A DNA stretch of 64,000 nt from positions 46,537 to 110,536 of the forward strand of contig CASDYX010000003.1 in the NCBI GenBank assembly GCA_949286215.1. Reading direction: 5' to 3'. The DNA is from an uncultured Pseudomonadota bacterium. GTDB taxonomy: Bacteria > Pseudomonadota > Alphaproteobacteria > RF32 > CAG-239. A program made the position numbers and the translations under genes. Shown here piece after piece: positions 1 to 9,951 of the stretch (position 1 is its first letter; each line of letters opens with the position of its first letter). The notes beneath the pieces are model-generated. The model searched no databases. It was not told the DNA's origin and worked only from the letters and a program-made list of their open reading frames with translations.

Positions 1-11
1 CCCTCCGCAAA

Positions 12-731
12 ATGACCAAAGACAAAATCATCCATCAAATGCTGGATGTTGAGCAAGCTTTTGTTGCTGTTGCCAAAACCTTCAATCAAGAAACCCCGGA
101 AGAGCACCATGCCGCAGTAACAGCCCAAGAGCTCAAAAAGATTCTTCCACTATTGACACGCACCGAAAAGCTCACAGCTTTTTATTGGATAAACAATTGC
201 CATTCATATATGTCAGATGTCGCCCCTCAAGAGCGATTAGAGACTTTACGAAACATTATCTCATTGACACCCGACAAAACACAAGCTGACCTCATCTATA
301 GCTGCGCCAACCAAGCCATTGACCTTGATGTTTCATCATCTGACAAATACCACACCATAAAAAAGGCCTATCAAAAAACCGATAAAAAGTCTCACACCAT
401 TCCACACTTAAAAGATATGCTCGGCAAAAGTGCCCAAAAATATTTTCAAACACTGCAAAAGCGTTTAGACAATCCGCAACTAGATTATGAGCAACGCCAA
501 CAAGCCGCACTTGAAGCCGTACACATTGCCAACGATTTTAAGGCTTCTGTTTCGCGCAAATGTTATCTCAAAATTGATACCTTAAAAAAACTGCACCACC
601 TGCAAATTCAACACCAAGACAAAGAAGGTATCCGCCACACCACAACCTTGTTGTGCAAATATTCTCAACAAATAGAAAACATCAAAAACCTAATGGGCAC
701 CAACCAAGCTCAAAAAGATTGGTATCGCTAA
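12..731 (+). CDS. hypothetical protein (239 aa), no recognisable domain
   Basis: Complete ORF with ATG at 12 and AT-rich codon usage like its neighbours. No motif recognised by eye. Confidence 0.4.
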   Translation: MTKDKIIHQMLDVEQAFVAVAKTFNQETPEEHHAAVTAQELKKILPLLTRTEKLTAFYWINNCHSYMSDVAPQERLETLRNIISLTPDKTQADLIYSCANQAIDLDVSSSDKYHTIKKAYQKTDKKSHTIPHLKDMLGKSAQKYFQTLQKRLDNPQLDYEQRQQAALEAVHIANDFKASVSRKCYLKIDTLKKLHHLQIQHQDKEGIRHTTTLLCKYSQQIENIKNLMGTNQAQKDWYR

Positions 732-743
732 GCCAAATAACAT

Positions 744-772
744 TTGACATTTTTGTCCAAATACTCTATATC
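744..772 (+). promoter_or_regulatory. sigma70-like promoter candidate (TTGACA-17 nt-TATATC) upstream of the 801 ORF
   Basis: ttgaca at 744-749, a 17-nt spacer, then tatatc at 767-772, about 30 nt upstream of the ATG at 801. Confidence 0.25.
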
Positions 773-800
773 TTAGCCATAACTTTTAATTATTTAGATT

Positions 801-1169
801 ATGGATATAAGAAGAGAAAAGCAGATAATTTCTGCTATTGCAAAAGCGTTTACTCAGCAAAACAACACATTAAAAATCTCCGTTCCCAAAGACGAGATTG
901 AACAAACCGCCATTGACTTGGCCGAGAGTGTATCACTCAGATTATTGCTCCAAAGCGGAAACAATAATGAAGCCGCCTATCTGGGCCGCCGAAAAATTTG
1001 TTTAGCACTCCAAAAAGAGCTGGGGGGCTGTATCAAACGCCGCGGTGTTTATACAATCTGGATTGGTCCCAACCTATCCGGTCGTGCATTTGAAATTGTC
1101 AATCAGCATCTTCAGGCCGAAATCGACACTCAAAAGAAAAAAACAACTCAAAAAAAACACCGCCCATAA
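801..1169 (+). CDS. hypothetical protein (122 aa)
   Basis: ORF preceded by a promoter-like element and followed by a hairpin terminator. Confidence 0.4.
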   Translation: MDIRREKQIISAIAKAFTQQNNTLKISVPKDEIEQTAIDLAESVSLRLLLQSGNNNEAAYLGRRKICLALQKELGGCIKRRGVYTIWIGPNLSGRAFEIVNQHLQAEIDTQKKKTTQKKHRP

Positions 1170-1183
1170 CGACGGTGTTTTTT
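1156..1183. terminator. bidirectional rho-independent terminator
   Basis: Stem aacaccg/cggtgtt is flanked by an A-run upstream and a T-run downstream. It lies between convergent genes (801..1169 plus, 1196..2254 minus). Confidence 0.5.
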
Positions 1184-1195
1184 AGTATAAAGAGA

Positions 1196-2254
1196 CTAAC
1201 CTACAGGTTCACATCCTGATTGATAAGCTGAATTACAACACTGATAAAATTGTTTATTGCACTTATCACACCACCTAACATAAGAATGATATCTTCCATC
1301 AGATCCTCTAAATTTCGGACATTCTCTTTCTATACTCTGGCTAATATGCTTAAACATACCCACTCCACACCCAAAAGCAAATGAACTACCATAAAGACAA
1401 ACATAACCATTAGAAGAAACAATTTCACTGCGGTTACCCAGTGTATAAATATAATGTAACTGACTTATACTAACATCTGTCAATGAAGAAGTTTCACCAT
1501 AATTAATAATAGCCAAAGTATTTCTTAATGTATCAACAGTACTTACACCATCAGAAAGACTAAAAGCAAAATAATTTTTTTCATCATTTAAAGTAGAGCT
1601 AGCCAACGCTCCTGATGGAAGATGGCTCAAACCTTCTAAACCTACAATTTCCTCTATGTTATGAAAAATATCTTGCAGTTCTTTAAGACTGGGAAGAAAC
1701 CAATGCCCATAACCATACCAAGACGCTGCCCAAGACGCTGGTACATTTAAGGGCTGAAATAATAAATTCTTATAGGAGGAATTTTGTGATGGCACAGGTA
1801 TGCCGCCAAAACTCTTAACGTTAAAAGCTGTACCACTCTCATCGGCTTCCAAATATATTTTTAGCTTTTTAGAATTTTCTTTACCATCTGTTCCACAATC
1901 CACCAAAGCTCTTTCGGAAGAACAATATTGCATATTATCTTTAGATAGTCTGCCAGATACAAAGAATGGTGTTTCCAAATCAATATAACCATTTGAATCT
2001 GTAGCATAAACGGCTAACTTTTTAACCGGATCAAAAACTATGCCTACCATTACCTTATTAATATCTCTGGTTTTTGAACAGCTTTGATCGGTATATAAAT
2101 AAGAACCAACGGTACAGCCATCAACTTCTACTATTTTCTTGCAATAATATTTGCTAGTGTCAAACGGACATTTGATTGAGGGTTTCGAGGCACATTCCGC
2201 CTCGGTTTGTGTATAGCCCAAGCTGGCACAATCTGGCGCTTGTGTACAGGTCAT
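1196..2254 (-). CDS. C-terminal portion of a Cys-rich secreted protein; contains a DUF1566/Fibrobacter-paralogous-like (lectin-fold) domain; separated from the upstream ORF by one in-frame TAA
   Basis: Same reading frame as 2309..3322, with only a TAA at 2309-2311 between them and no other stop in the 54 nt in between. The module CxxLGYxxxxxECxxxxxxKCP is repeated on both sides of the stop. A motif GHWFLPSLKELQDIF resembles the WRLPTxxEL signature of DUF1566/FISUMP domains. This ORF has no signal peptide of its own. Confidence 0.5.
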   Translation of the reverse strand: MTCTQAPDCASLGYTQTEAECASKPSIKCPFDTSKYYCKKIVEVDGCTVGSYLYTDQSCSKTRDINKVMVGIVFDPVKKLAVYATDSNGYIDLETPFFVSGRLSKDNMQYCSSERALVDCGTDGKENSKKLKIYLEADESGTAFNVKSFGGIPVPSQNSSYKNLLFQPLNVPASWAASWYGYGHWFLPSLKELQDIFHNIEEIVGLEGLSHLPSGALASSTLNDEKNYFAFSLSDGVSTVDTLRNTLAIINYGETSSLTDVSISQLHYIYTLGNRSEIVSSNGYVCLYGSSFAFGCGVGMFKHISQSIERECPKFRGSDGRYHSYVRWCDKCNKQFYQCCNSAYQSGCEPVG

Positions 2255-2308
2255 ATCAGCCTGTGCCCAATGATATAAGTGTTGTTCTCCTAAACATGGT
2301 CTTTCTCC

Positions 2309-3322
2309 TTAATCTTTATCACAAAAAACGGCTGCTTCGTTATATGGACATTTCACATAACTATAATAGCCACATTCACTCACGCTATTCACATAACCCA
2401 ATTTGGCACAATCGGTTTCAGGTATCGTACACCAATAGGCATAGCCACTGAGACAAGCATTCGCGCAATACTTTTGCGAACAATCTTCATACTCACACGA
2501 AACATTTTGAGGACAGCTCGAAAGTGAACATTTATTTTCACAAGTTTTGCAATTATTGTAATATTTAATCCCGTTCATTAGGCAGTAATCACTTGGGGTT
2601 ACCGGTCCTAATTCCGTACAGGTCATATTGTAGCCGCTCTTACATTGGCATGAGGTATAATAGGTCACGCCGTTTTGCGTACACCCCTCTCCGACACCTT
2701 CTTGATTTTGCCCATCACATTTTTGATTATAATTGCTGGGACAAACACATTTGCTGTAATAAGTTACGCCCTCTTCGGTGCAACCCGTTCCTTCCGGAAC
2801 TTGCGGTGAGCTACACCCCGTTAAAGGATACAAATTTCTGTCGCAATAACACATAAATTTACCGCCACAACTGTCGCCACTGACGGTATTAGGATATGAG
2901 CACGCACTCTTATCATATTTGTAGCGTGCATCACAACATTTATCAAAATAAGTTGAATTGTATGGACATTTTAAACCGGGCAACAAGCCGACATCACAAC
3001 TCGTCAGGCTATAGCCTTCTTTTTTGCATTGTTCAATTGTTGGGTCGCCAAAATCCATATTCCCAAAATCAAGATTTTTCTTTCCTGTAATAAATTGAAC
3101 AGATGCTGTCTGAAAACTTTTATAATTGGGCAAGCCCAATTCAAGGCTTGCCCTTGATAAAGGTTCAAAGGTTTGGTTTTGACAAGTTCTTACGAAGTGT
3201 ATGTATGTTGAGGCCACATTTTGCTGATAGCCATTAACACTAAAGTCTCTCACCCCTCCCAATCCGGTCAGAGCAAGAAAGGATAATCCTATCACAAGCT
3301 GCTTTCTCATAATATACCTCAT
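2309..3322 (-). CDS. N-terminal portion of a Cys-rich secreted protein (signal peptide plus repeated GCTxxGVTYYxxCxC modules)
   Basis: N-terminal signal peptide MRKQLVIGLSFLALTGLGG. Cysteine content is very high with tandem Cys-rich modules. It ends at the TAA that is in frame with the downstream ORF. Confidence 0.5.
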   Translation of the reverse strand: MRYIMRKQLVIGLSFLALTGLGGVRDFSVNGYQQNVASTYIHFVRTCQNQTFEPLSRASLELGLPNYKSFQTASVQFITGKKNLDFGNMDFGDPTIEQCKKEGYSLTSCDVGLLPGLKCPYNSTYFDKCCDARYKYDKSACSYPNTVSGDSCGGKFMCYCDRNLYPLTGCSSPQVPEGTGCTEEGVTYYSKCVCPSNYNQKCDGQNQEGVGEGCTQNGVTYYTSCQCKSGYNMTCTELGPVTPSDYCLMNGIKYYNNCKTCENKCSLSSCPQNVSCEYEDCSQKYCANACLSGYAYWCTIPETDCAKLGYVNSVSECGYYSYVKCPYNEAAVFCDKD

Positions 3323-3420
3323 TATAACTGAACCTTATCATGTTATAATTTAGCATACTCTTTTGATAGTGTCAAATAATTTTAAAAGAGAAATTTTATT
3401 TTGGCTAAAGACATTAAAAC

Positions 3421-3447
3421 AAAAGCCTCTCTAATGAGGGGCTTTTT
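3421..3447. terminator. hairpin terminator downstream of the EF-hand gene
   Basis: Stem agcctctc/gaggggct (one G-U pair) with T-runs on both strands. Confidence 0.35.
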
Positions 3448-3453
3448 CATAAT

Positions 3454-3813
3454 CTAATACAAATAATTCCCGCTATCTCTGAGCTTGCGAATATACTCGG
3501 CGCGTTCTTGCTCATCGACAAAGCCGTCATTATTTTTATCCATTTCTTTGAATTGCTCTTCAGGTGTTTTGTACGTGCCGTTCTTTTTGTTACGGCGAAT
3601 ATTGCGCCTGTCTTCTCTGGTCAAATTTTCAAAACGGCTTTCATATTCTTCCAAAGACAATTGCCCATCATCATTTTTATCATATTCTCGCATTTGATAA
3701 GCAGCAATTTCTTCCGAACGACTTTTTACATTCACTCCTTCAGGAAAAGTATATTTTCCCCAAGCCTGCCCCGATAACAACAACACACCTGCCAACACCA
3801 TCCAACTTTTCAT
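3454..3813 (-). CDS. secreted EF-hand calcium-binding protein (two EF-hand loops)
   Basis: Signal peptide MKSWMVLAGVLLLSGQAWG. Two canonical 12-residue EF-hand loops: DKNDDGQLSLEE and DKNNDGFVDEQE. Confidence 0.6.
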   Translation of the reverse strand: MKSWMVLAGVLLLSGQAWGKYTFPEGVNVKSRSEEIAAYQMREYDKNDDGQLSLEEYESRFENLTREDRRNIRRNKKNGTYKTPEEQFKEMDKNNDGFVDEQERAEYIRKLRDSGNYLY

Positions 3814-3824
3814 ACATTCCTCGC

Positions 3825-4556
3825 TTAATAAAAATTGCTCCCCTCTATCGGCACAAAAGCTTCCAATCGCTTATCGACCAATTTACCCTCTTCTAAAGAA
3901 ACTTTTCTATCCATTCTATCAGCCAACTCAAAGTTATGTGTGGCAATCAAAGCCGACAAGCCGGTTTCTTTCACAATTGCCAACAATTCGGCAAACACGA
4001 TTTCAGCGGTTTTAGGATCAAGGTTTCCGGTTGGCTCATCCGCCAACAACAACTTCGGAGCATTAGCCAAAGCCCGCGCAATAGCCACACGCTGCTGTTC
4101 ACCACCCGACAATTCCGCCGGACGATGCGAATATCTTTTCTCCAACTTCAAACGCGACAACAACCATCTGGCTTTTTCTCTTGCCTCTTTATATTTCACA
4201 CCGGCAATCAATTGCGGCAACATCACATTTTCAGTCGCATCAAAATCAGGCAAAAGATTGTGATATTGGTACACAAAGCCCAAATAGTCACGTCTTAAGG
4301 AAGTGCGCATTCCATCACCCAATTTGCTGCACTTTTGCCCATTGAGGTAGATTTCACCTTTTGAAGGCCTATCAAGCAAACCTGCAATTTGCAACATGGT
4401 TGATTTTCCGGAACCTGACGGTCCGATAAGAGCCACAACTTCTCCCGGCATAATTTCCAAATCAACCCCGCGCAAAACATCCAAGTTTTGACCACCTTGC
4501 TTAAAGGTTTTCACAACTTTTCTTAATTCCAAAGTAGGCACAACATTTTTATTCAT
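3825..4556 (-). CDS. lolD: lipoprotein-releasing ABC transporter ATP-binding protein LolD
   Basis: Walker [13 protein letters not shown] signature [15 protein letters not shown], Walker [13 protein letters not shown]. Translationally coupled to the upstream permease gene. Confidence 0.85.
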   Translation of the reverse strand: MNKNVVPTLELRKVVKTFKQGGQNLDVLRGVDLEIMPGEVVALIGPSGSGKSTMLQIAGLLDRPSKGEIYLNGQKCSKLGDGMRTSLRRDYLGFVYQYHNLLPDFDATENVMLPQLIAGVKYKEAREKARWLLSRLKLEKRYSHRPAELSGGEQQRVAIARALANAPKLLLADEPTGNLDPKTAEIVFAELLAIVKETGLSALIATHNFELADRMDRKVSLEEGKLVDKRLEAFVPIEGSNFY

Positions 4557-5796
4557 ATCTCAAAGCCTCCACCGGATCAAATTTAGCGGCACGATATGCC
4601 GGATATATGGTTGCCAAGAAAGACAACAATAAAGAAATCACCACAACGACACCGACTTCCATAGCATCGACTTTAGCCGGTAATTTTGATAAGAAATAAA
4701 TCTCAGCCGAGAACAAATCTTGCCCCAACAAAGATTGCAATCCCTGACGAATAGCCTCAATATTATCACAAAACAGCAATCCTAAAACTAAACCCAATGC
4801 CGTGCCGACCACACCTATTCCGGCACCATCCATAAAGAAAATGCGCATAATCATTCCCTTGGTTGCCCCCATGGTACGCAAAACTGCCACATCGCGTCCC
4901 TTGTCTTTCACGAGCATAATCAAACCTGTAATAATATTAAAGGCCGCCACGATAATGATGAGCGTGAGAATAATAAACATCACATTTCTTTCAACTTCAA
5001 TAGCATTAAAGAAAGCAGAATTACTTTGTTTCCAATCATACACATAAGCCCCTGCTCCGACACTTTCTTCAATAGCTTGACGCACGGGTTTGAGCATTTT
5101 TTCATCATCCAAAGTCACATCAATATTACTCACAGCCCCCGGCAACCCAAAATAAACCTGAGCACTTTCCAAAGGCATAAAGATAAAGCTGGAGTCATAC
5201 TCAAACATTCCCACTTCAAAAGTTCCCAAAATTGTATAAGACTTCATCCGCGGTACCGTACCAAAAGCCGTAATTTTGCCGTTTGGAGAAATAAGAGTGA
5301 TTTCATCTCCCTCAATCAGCCCCATTTTATTGGCCAAACGAGATCCGATAATCACATTGTTTCCCTTAAAGCGCGACATATCAATATTTTTAAGGCTGTT
5401 TCTCAAAATATCTTTTTTTAAGATATCCTCTTTTGTAATACCGCGCACCATAGCGCCTTCGGCGACTTTTCCAGAAGAAACCAAGAGCTGATTTTCAATC
5501 ATCGGAATAACGGTTTTTACATTTTCAAATTCTGCAATTTCTTTCACAGCCTGCTGATAATTATTAAACGGCAACCCGATTGTTGAGACAATACCGATAT
5601 GCCCGTTAATACCCAAAATACGAGCAAGCAATTCCTCGCGAAAACCATTCATCACCGACATCACAATAATCAAGGTAGCCACACCGAGAGCGATTCCTGT
5701 AAAAGCAAAACCGGTAATAACCGAAATAAAACCTTCTTTACGCTTGGCATGAATATAACGTCTGGCTACCAAACGTTCAAATTTTGAAAAAATCAT
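4549..5796 (-). CDS. lipoprotein-releasing system permease (LolC/LolE family)
   Basis: FtsX-like permease with 4 TM segments, a large periplasmic loop and C-terminal FtsX helices. The ORF track extends to 5913, but the Met at [14 protein letters not shown] matches typical LolC/E N-termini, so the start at 5796 is preferred. Confidence 0.75.
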   Translation of the reverse strand: MIFSKFERLVARRYIHAKRKEGFISVITGFAFTGIALGVATLIIVMSVMNGFREELLARILGINGHIGIVSTIGLPFNNYQQAVKEIAEFENVKTVIPMIENQLLVSSGKVAEGAMVRGITKEDILKKDILRNSLKNIDMSRFKGNNVIIGSRLANKMGLIEGDEITLISPNGKITAFGTVPRMKSYTILGTFEVGMFEYDSSFIFMPLESAQVYFGLPGAVSNIDVTLDDEKMLKPVRQAIEESVGAGAYVYDWKQSNSAFFNAIEVERNVMFIILTLIIIVAAFNIITGLIMLVKDKGRDVAVLRTMGATKGMIMRIFFMDGAGIGVVGTALGLVLGLLFCDNIEAIRQGLQSLLGQDLFSAEIYFLSKLPAKVDAMEVGVVVVISLLLSFLATIYPAYRAAKFDPVEALRYE

Positions 5797-5921
5797 TTTC
5801 AATTCTCCTGTTTCTTCATAAAAATTTATAAAGCGGGGAGCCCTCTTTGGCAACCTTACATTTACGATTATGTGCATAAAAAAAGCACCGATTTCTCGGT
5901 GCTTAACAATCATATTTCAAA

Positions 5922-6617
5922 TTAAGCCGGACGTTTAGACATCAAACCTTCAGAAATTTGCAGATTCGTCATAATCATACTGTCCAAAGCTTTGTGATTA
6001 AGGGAATCAACATTTTTACCGACTTCCAAAGTTCTGCAAGAAACATAATCAGCCAACTTAATCAAATTGCCTTTAGTTTCTCTCGGCAAAGGATTGTTTT
6101 CATCAGAGGCCAGAGTTTTGATATATACCCACAATTTCATATTATTATCCAAAGCACTAACCAAATCGGCAGTACTGTTATTTTCTCTGGCATTAGACAA
6201 GTCAACGGCACATTTCAACAAAGAAAAAGCCTCTTCTCTGGCCAAATTATTCTTAACGGCTTCAACCAAGCCCTCAGAAATTTGCATATTAATATTAACC
6301 AGACAATCAAAATCAGTTTTAGTCATTTTCAAGCCCTTAGAAAGAATCATTCTTTCTACGAACTTAGAGAGTTTCATCAAATTAGCTTTAATATCTTCGG
6401 GAAGCAAATTCTTTGCGTTCTTTAATGAAGTTTCTATTTCGACCCAAAGCTTCAAATTGCTGTCCAAAGCCTGAATGATTTCATGTTGATTATTGCTGGT
6501 TGAAGCTTTAGCCAACAACATCGCATGATTAAGCAAAACAACTGCTTCGTTTTCAGCATTTTTCACTTGGTTATTCGTATTCATTTTTACTTCCTCAAAA
6601 GTTAATAGTTCATACAC
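5922..6617 (-). CDS. flaF: flagellar biosynthesis regulator FlaF-like, tandem duplication of the FlaF domain
   Basis: Two internal repeats of about 115 aa. Each contains ALDxNxKLWVxI...LPxExKxNLxKLxxxV...NxQISEGL, which matches the conserved core of alphaproteobacterial FlaF. The gene lies between flgH and lolE on the minus strand. Confidence 0.6.
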   Translation of the reverse strand: MYELLTFEEVKMNTNNQVKNAENEAVVLLNHAMLLAKASTSNNQHEIIQALDSNLKLWVEIETSLKNAKNLLPEDIKANLMKLSKFVERMILSKGLKMTKTDFDCLVNINMQISEGLVEAVKNNLAREEAFSLLKCAVDLSNARENNSTADLVSALDNNMKLWVYIKTLASDENNPLPRETKGNLIKLADYVSCRTLEVGKNVDSLNHKALDSMIMTNLQISEGLMSKRPA

Positions 6618-6641
6618 AATATAAATTTTAGACTAATTTAT

Positions 6642-6656
6642 TTAAATCATAATTAA
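6642..6656. promoter_or_regulatory. CtrA-type box TTAA-N7-TTAA upstream of the flaF-like gene
   Basis: ttaa-atcataa-ttaa lies 25-40 nt upstream of the flaF-like ATG. In alphaproteobacteria this consensus is the CtrA binding site for class II flagellar promoters. Confidence 0.35.
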
Positions 6657-6811
6657 CAGACATCCACAACTTATATCCTAGGCCTGTCCAAAATGGGGAG
6701 AAAGACAGGCCTTCGGACATATTAGAGAGAAACACCTCGCAATAAAGTTTTCTCTCAAAACGCATCGAAACAAATGGGGGAGAATTCCGATGCGAAAGGC
6801 TTTTACATTGG

Positions 6812-7573
6812 CTAGAAAGGAGACAGAATATCAATCAACTGACGACCATATCTCGGTTCTTGCATATCAGAAACCGTACCTCTGCCGCCGTAAGATACTC
6901 TGAGTTCGGCAATTTTACTCGATTCGATAGAATTATCTGATTTAATATCCGCACGTCTGATAATACCACGAACGGTAAGTTGGCGCAGTTCATAGTTAAC
7001 ACGAATTTCCTGAGTTCCTTCAATTACCAGGTTATCATTTGGCAAAACTTGGGTAACAACAGCCGCCATCGTCATGCTGATATCTTCGGAACGATTAATC
7101 TTACCTTCGCCTTGAACATCGTGATTCGACATAACATTAAACAGATTCGTTACATCAACACCTTCCGGCAAATAGTCATGAGCATATTTTTCATATCCGG
7201 CCAAAGCATTAATATTAACCGTATCTTCGTTATCATCACGATATTGTTCGGTTTTGTTTTTCATAGATGCATTATCCGACGCCACGATATTAACTGTAAT
7301 AATATCACCGACTTTAGCGGCTCTCTGATCTTGGAAAAAGCCTGACGAGCCTCTTTTCCATAATGAGTTTGCACCGGCATATTGTTCTGGCTTAGCAGGC
7401 ATTGGCATAGAAACCGCTTGATATCCCGGAGCTTCAACCGGATTTTGAATCGGAGCCAACTCCGGTTCCTTACCGATACTAGACAATCTTGACCAGGTAT
7501 TGCACCCGCTCAAAGCCGTTGCCATCATCAGCACTGCGGCTAATTTACAAAATTTTTGTTTTGAGTTATTCAT
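6812..7573 (-). CDS. flgH: flagellar L-ring lipoprotein FlgH
   Basis: Lipobox ALSGC followed by the conserved FlgH core (KVGDIITVNIV...). Confidence 0.9.
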   Translation of the reverse strand: MNNSKQKFCKLAAVLMMATALSGCNTWSRLSSIGKEPELAPIQNPVEAPGYQAVSMPMPAKPEQYAGANSLWKRGSSGFFQDQRAAKVGDIITVNIVASDNASMKNKTEQYRDDNEDTVNINALAGYEKYAHDYLPEGVDVTNLFNVMSNHDVQGEGKINRSEDISMTMAAVVTQVLPNDNLVIEGTQEIRVNYELRQLTVRGIIRRADIKSDNSIESSKIAELRVSYGGRGTVSDMQEPRYGRQLIDILSPF

Positions 7574-7588
7574 AATCCAATCTCCCCT

Positions 7589-8311
7589 TTATTGGACATC
7601 AACTTTAACCGTATCGGCATCAATCACTTCACCGACAAGGATTTTTTTGCTTTTTGTATTTTCAACTTCAATTTTATCGCCTTTGGCACCATCTTGACGA
7701 GCTTGCCCGCGAGCGGTAATTTGCATTTTTTTGGTTTGGTACACCACCGTAATCAAATCATTTTTGTGAATAAGGATTTTCTCACCGATATCACGATCCG
7801 TAATAATTTTTCCGGCCTTAAGGTATTTTTTTGCTTCTTTGTTTACGAGTTTATCCAAATCCACCACAAACATAGGTTTAATTCTATTCATACGCACTTG
7901 AATGGTCTTGAGCATATCAGGCGTAATCACTTCGCCCTTATCAATATTTTTTGCCGGCACATAAATATCACCCAAAACATAAAACTTACCGCTAACGGTT
8001 GTTTTGGCAAAAGGTTGCCCATCGGCAAAAATTTCCACATTGCATGAAAACTTGTTTTGCAGCTCATTGGCTTCTAATTGTTCAACCAAAATTTTAGCGC
8101 GTTGAGCATTTTCGATTTGAAAGACAGTTTGCCCACCGAAAAATTCCAAATCAATTCTCTCCAAGTGTCCCTGCTCCACAAACTCTTTTTTAATTGCCGC
8201 TGATACTTCATCTTCGCTCACCATCAACAGATTACCTGTTGCCTCTGCCGCCTTCAAATTTCCGGCGGTTAAGATTAAAAATAACAAACTGCAAATCAAT
8301 CTAATTTTCAT
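7589..8311 (-). CDS. flgA: flagellar basal-body P-ring formation protein FlgA
   Basis: Signal peptide and a C-terminal SAF-like domain (GDKIEVENTKSKKILVGEVID). It sits between flgG and flgH, the usual position of flgA. Confidence 0.8.
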   Translation of the reverse strand: MKIRLICSLLFLILTAGNLKAAEATGNLLMVSEDEVSAAIKKEFVEQGHLERIDLEFFGGQTVFQIENAQRAKILVEQLEANELQNKFSCNVEIFADGQPFAKTTVSGKFYVLGDIYVPAKNIDKGEVITPDMLKTIQVRMNRIKPMFVVDLDKLVNKEAKKYLKAGKIITDRDIGEKILIHKNDLITVVYQTKKMQITARGQARQDGAKGDKIEVENTKSKKILVGEVIDADTVKVDVQ

Positions 8312-8330
8312 GAATAGCCCTTTACCACGC

Positions 8331-9119
8331 TTATCTCAGTTGCGTAATTGTACTCAACATCTGATCTGAGGTTTGAATAATTTTAGAGTTCATTTCATAA
8401 GCACGTTGAGCCGAAACCAACTCAGTAATTTCCGAAACCGCATTCACATTAGATGTTTCAAGATATCCTTGCAGGATTGAACCAAACCCTTCGGCATCCG
8501 GATTATCAAGTACCGGAGCGCCTGATGCTTGAGTTTCCAAGAACAAGTTTTGTCCCATGGCTTCCAAACCGGCCTCGTTTACAAAGGTTGCGAGTTCCAG
8601 TTGGCCGATATTAATTTCATCGGTTTCGCCATCTTGTTTCACCCAAACTTCACCTGAGTTATTGATATAAACTTCGGTTGCATCTTCAGGGATGGTAATT
8701 TCGGGTTGAACGACATAACCGTCATGAGTAACAATCACGCCGTCACCGTTTCTTTGGAAAGCACCGTCACGCGTATAAGCCGTTCCTTTGCCTTCCGGAA
8801 GTTCGATTTGAAAATATCCTCTGCCTTGAATAGCCAAATCCAGAGAGTTATTGGTATTGGTCAAACCCGTACCACCGGTAATACGATAAACTGCCGCGGT
8901 TCTGACACCAAGACCGAGTTGAACACCGGACGGAACGATTGTTTCACCGGCTGAAGACGCAGCTCCCGGACGAACAATATTTTGATAGAGCAAATCATTA
9001 AATTCAGCTCTGCGTTTGGTATAAGCCGTGGTGTTCATATTGGCAATATTGTTGGAAATAACGTCAACATTGGTTTGTTGAGCCAGCATTCCCGTTGCAC
9101 CGATAGCTAAAGATCTCAT
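8331..9119 (-). CDS. flgG: flagellar basal-body rod protein FlgG
   Basis: N-terminal rod motif MRSLAIGATGMLAQQ...ISNNIANMNTTAYK and a C-terminal rod domain; 262 aa. Confidence 0.9.
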   Translation of the reverse strand: MRSLAIGATGMLAQQTNVDVISNNIANMNTTAYTKRRAEFNDLLYQNIVRPGAASSAGETIVPSGVQLGLGVRTAAVYRITGGTGLTNTNNSLDLAIQGRGYFQIELPEGKGTAYTRDGAFQRNGDGVIVTHDGYVVQPEITIPEDATEVYINNSGEVWVKQDGETDEINIGQLELATFVNEAGLEAMGQNLFLETQASGAPVLDNPDAEGFGSILQGYLETSNVNAVSEITELVSAQRAYEMNSKIIQTSDQMLSTITQLR

Positions 9120-9136
9120 TTTCTCTCCCCTCTAAA

Positions 9137-9880
9137 TTAAGCCAGCTGAGAATAAGCTGTAATAGTGTTAGACAAACGTTCATGTTCTTCATCAATCATA
9201 CTTTGCACAATTTCGTATGAACGTTGCAGTTTAATCATTCTTGTCATTTCGCTGATTGAATCGACATTGGATTTTTCCAACGCACCTTGAACAATTTGTA
9301 CATCTGGTGCGCCGACAATCATGTCATTGCCGTCGATATTGGCAAACAAGGTATCGCCGATTTTTTCCAATTTTTGATTATCGGCAAATTTTACCGCCTT
9401 AATACGACCAATCGGACCATTTTCGGTCAAAACATCACCGCTTTCGCTGATGGTAATATCTCTTTCTCCCGGAGCAAAAAAGAACGGCTCATTATTTTCC
9501 GACATAACGGCATAACCTTCGCTCGTAACCAATTGTCCGTCAGCATTCAAAGTAAAGTTACCTTTTTTGGTGTACATTTCACCTTGCGGGGTTTCTACAG
9601 CAAAGAAATTATCGCCCCGAACCGCCAAATCAAAAACATTTCCGGTTTCCACAATAGCCCCTTCGCTAAAGTCATGATATTGCCCGTAATCCATTGTAAA
9701 ATAGACCGGAACTTTACCAAAACCTTGCGCTTGAGGCGTCTGTGTCAAATAAGATGTGAAAATTGCACCATCTTGCTTGTAACCTGAGGTGTTCATATTC
9801 GCCATATTATTGGAAACAATATCCATTTGTTTCCATAAGGCCATTTGGCGTGAAAGTGCAATATATTTGGTATTATCCAT
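9137..9880 (-). CDS. flgF: flagellar basal-body rod protein FlgF
   Basis: Rod-protein N- and C-terminal motifs; 247 aa; immediately upstream of flgG. Confidence 0.85.
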   Translation of the reverse strand: MDNTKYIALSRQMALWKQMDIVSNNMANMNTSGYKQDGAIFTSYLTQTPQAQGFGKVPVYFTMDYGQYHDFSEGAIVETGNVFDLAVRGDNFFAVETPQGEMYTKKGNFTLNADGQLVTSEGYAVMSENNEPFFFAPGERDITISESGDVLTENGPIGRIKAVKFADNQKLEKIGDTLFANIDGNDMIVGAPDVQIVQGALEKSNVDSISEMTRMIKLQRSYEIVQSMIDEEHERLSNTITAYSQLA

Positions 9881-9951
9881 TAATTTATTCTCCCCAATAA
9901 AAATCGGATAATTTTCTTTGCTTATGAGTAATGCAAATTGCGTGCCAAATT

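Noticed and set aside
5797-5913. 39-codon N-terminal extension of the LolC/E ORF
   Set aside because: The internal Met at [14 protein letters not shown] matches the conserved LolC/E N-terminus. The upstream extension is likely non-coding.
6628-6834. 68-aa minus-strand ORF between flaF-like and flgH
   Set aside because: It overlaps the flgH 3' end and the promoter/CtrA-box region. It has no RBS and an odd composition.
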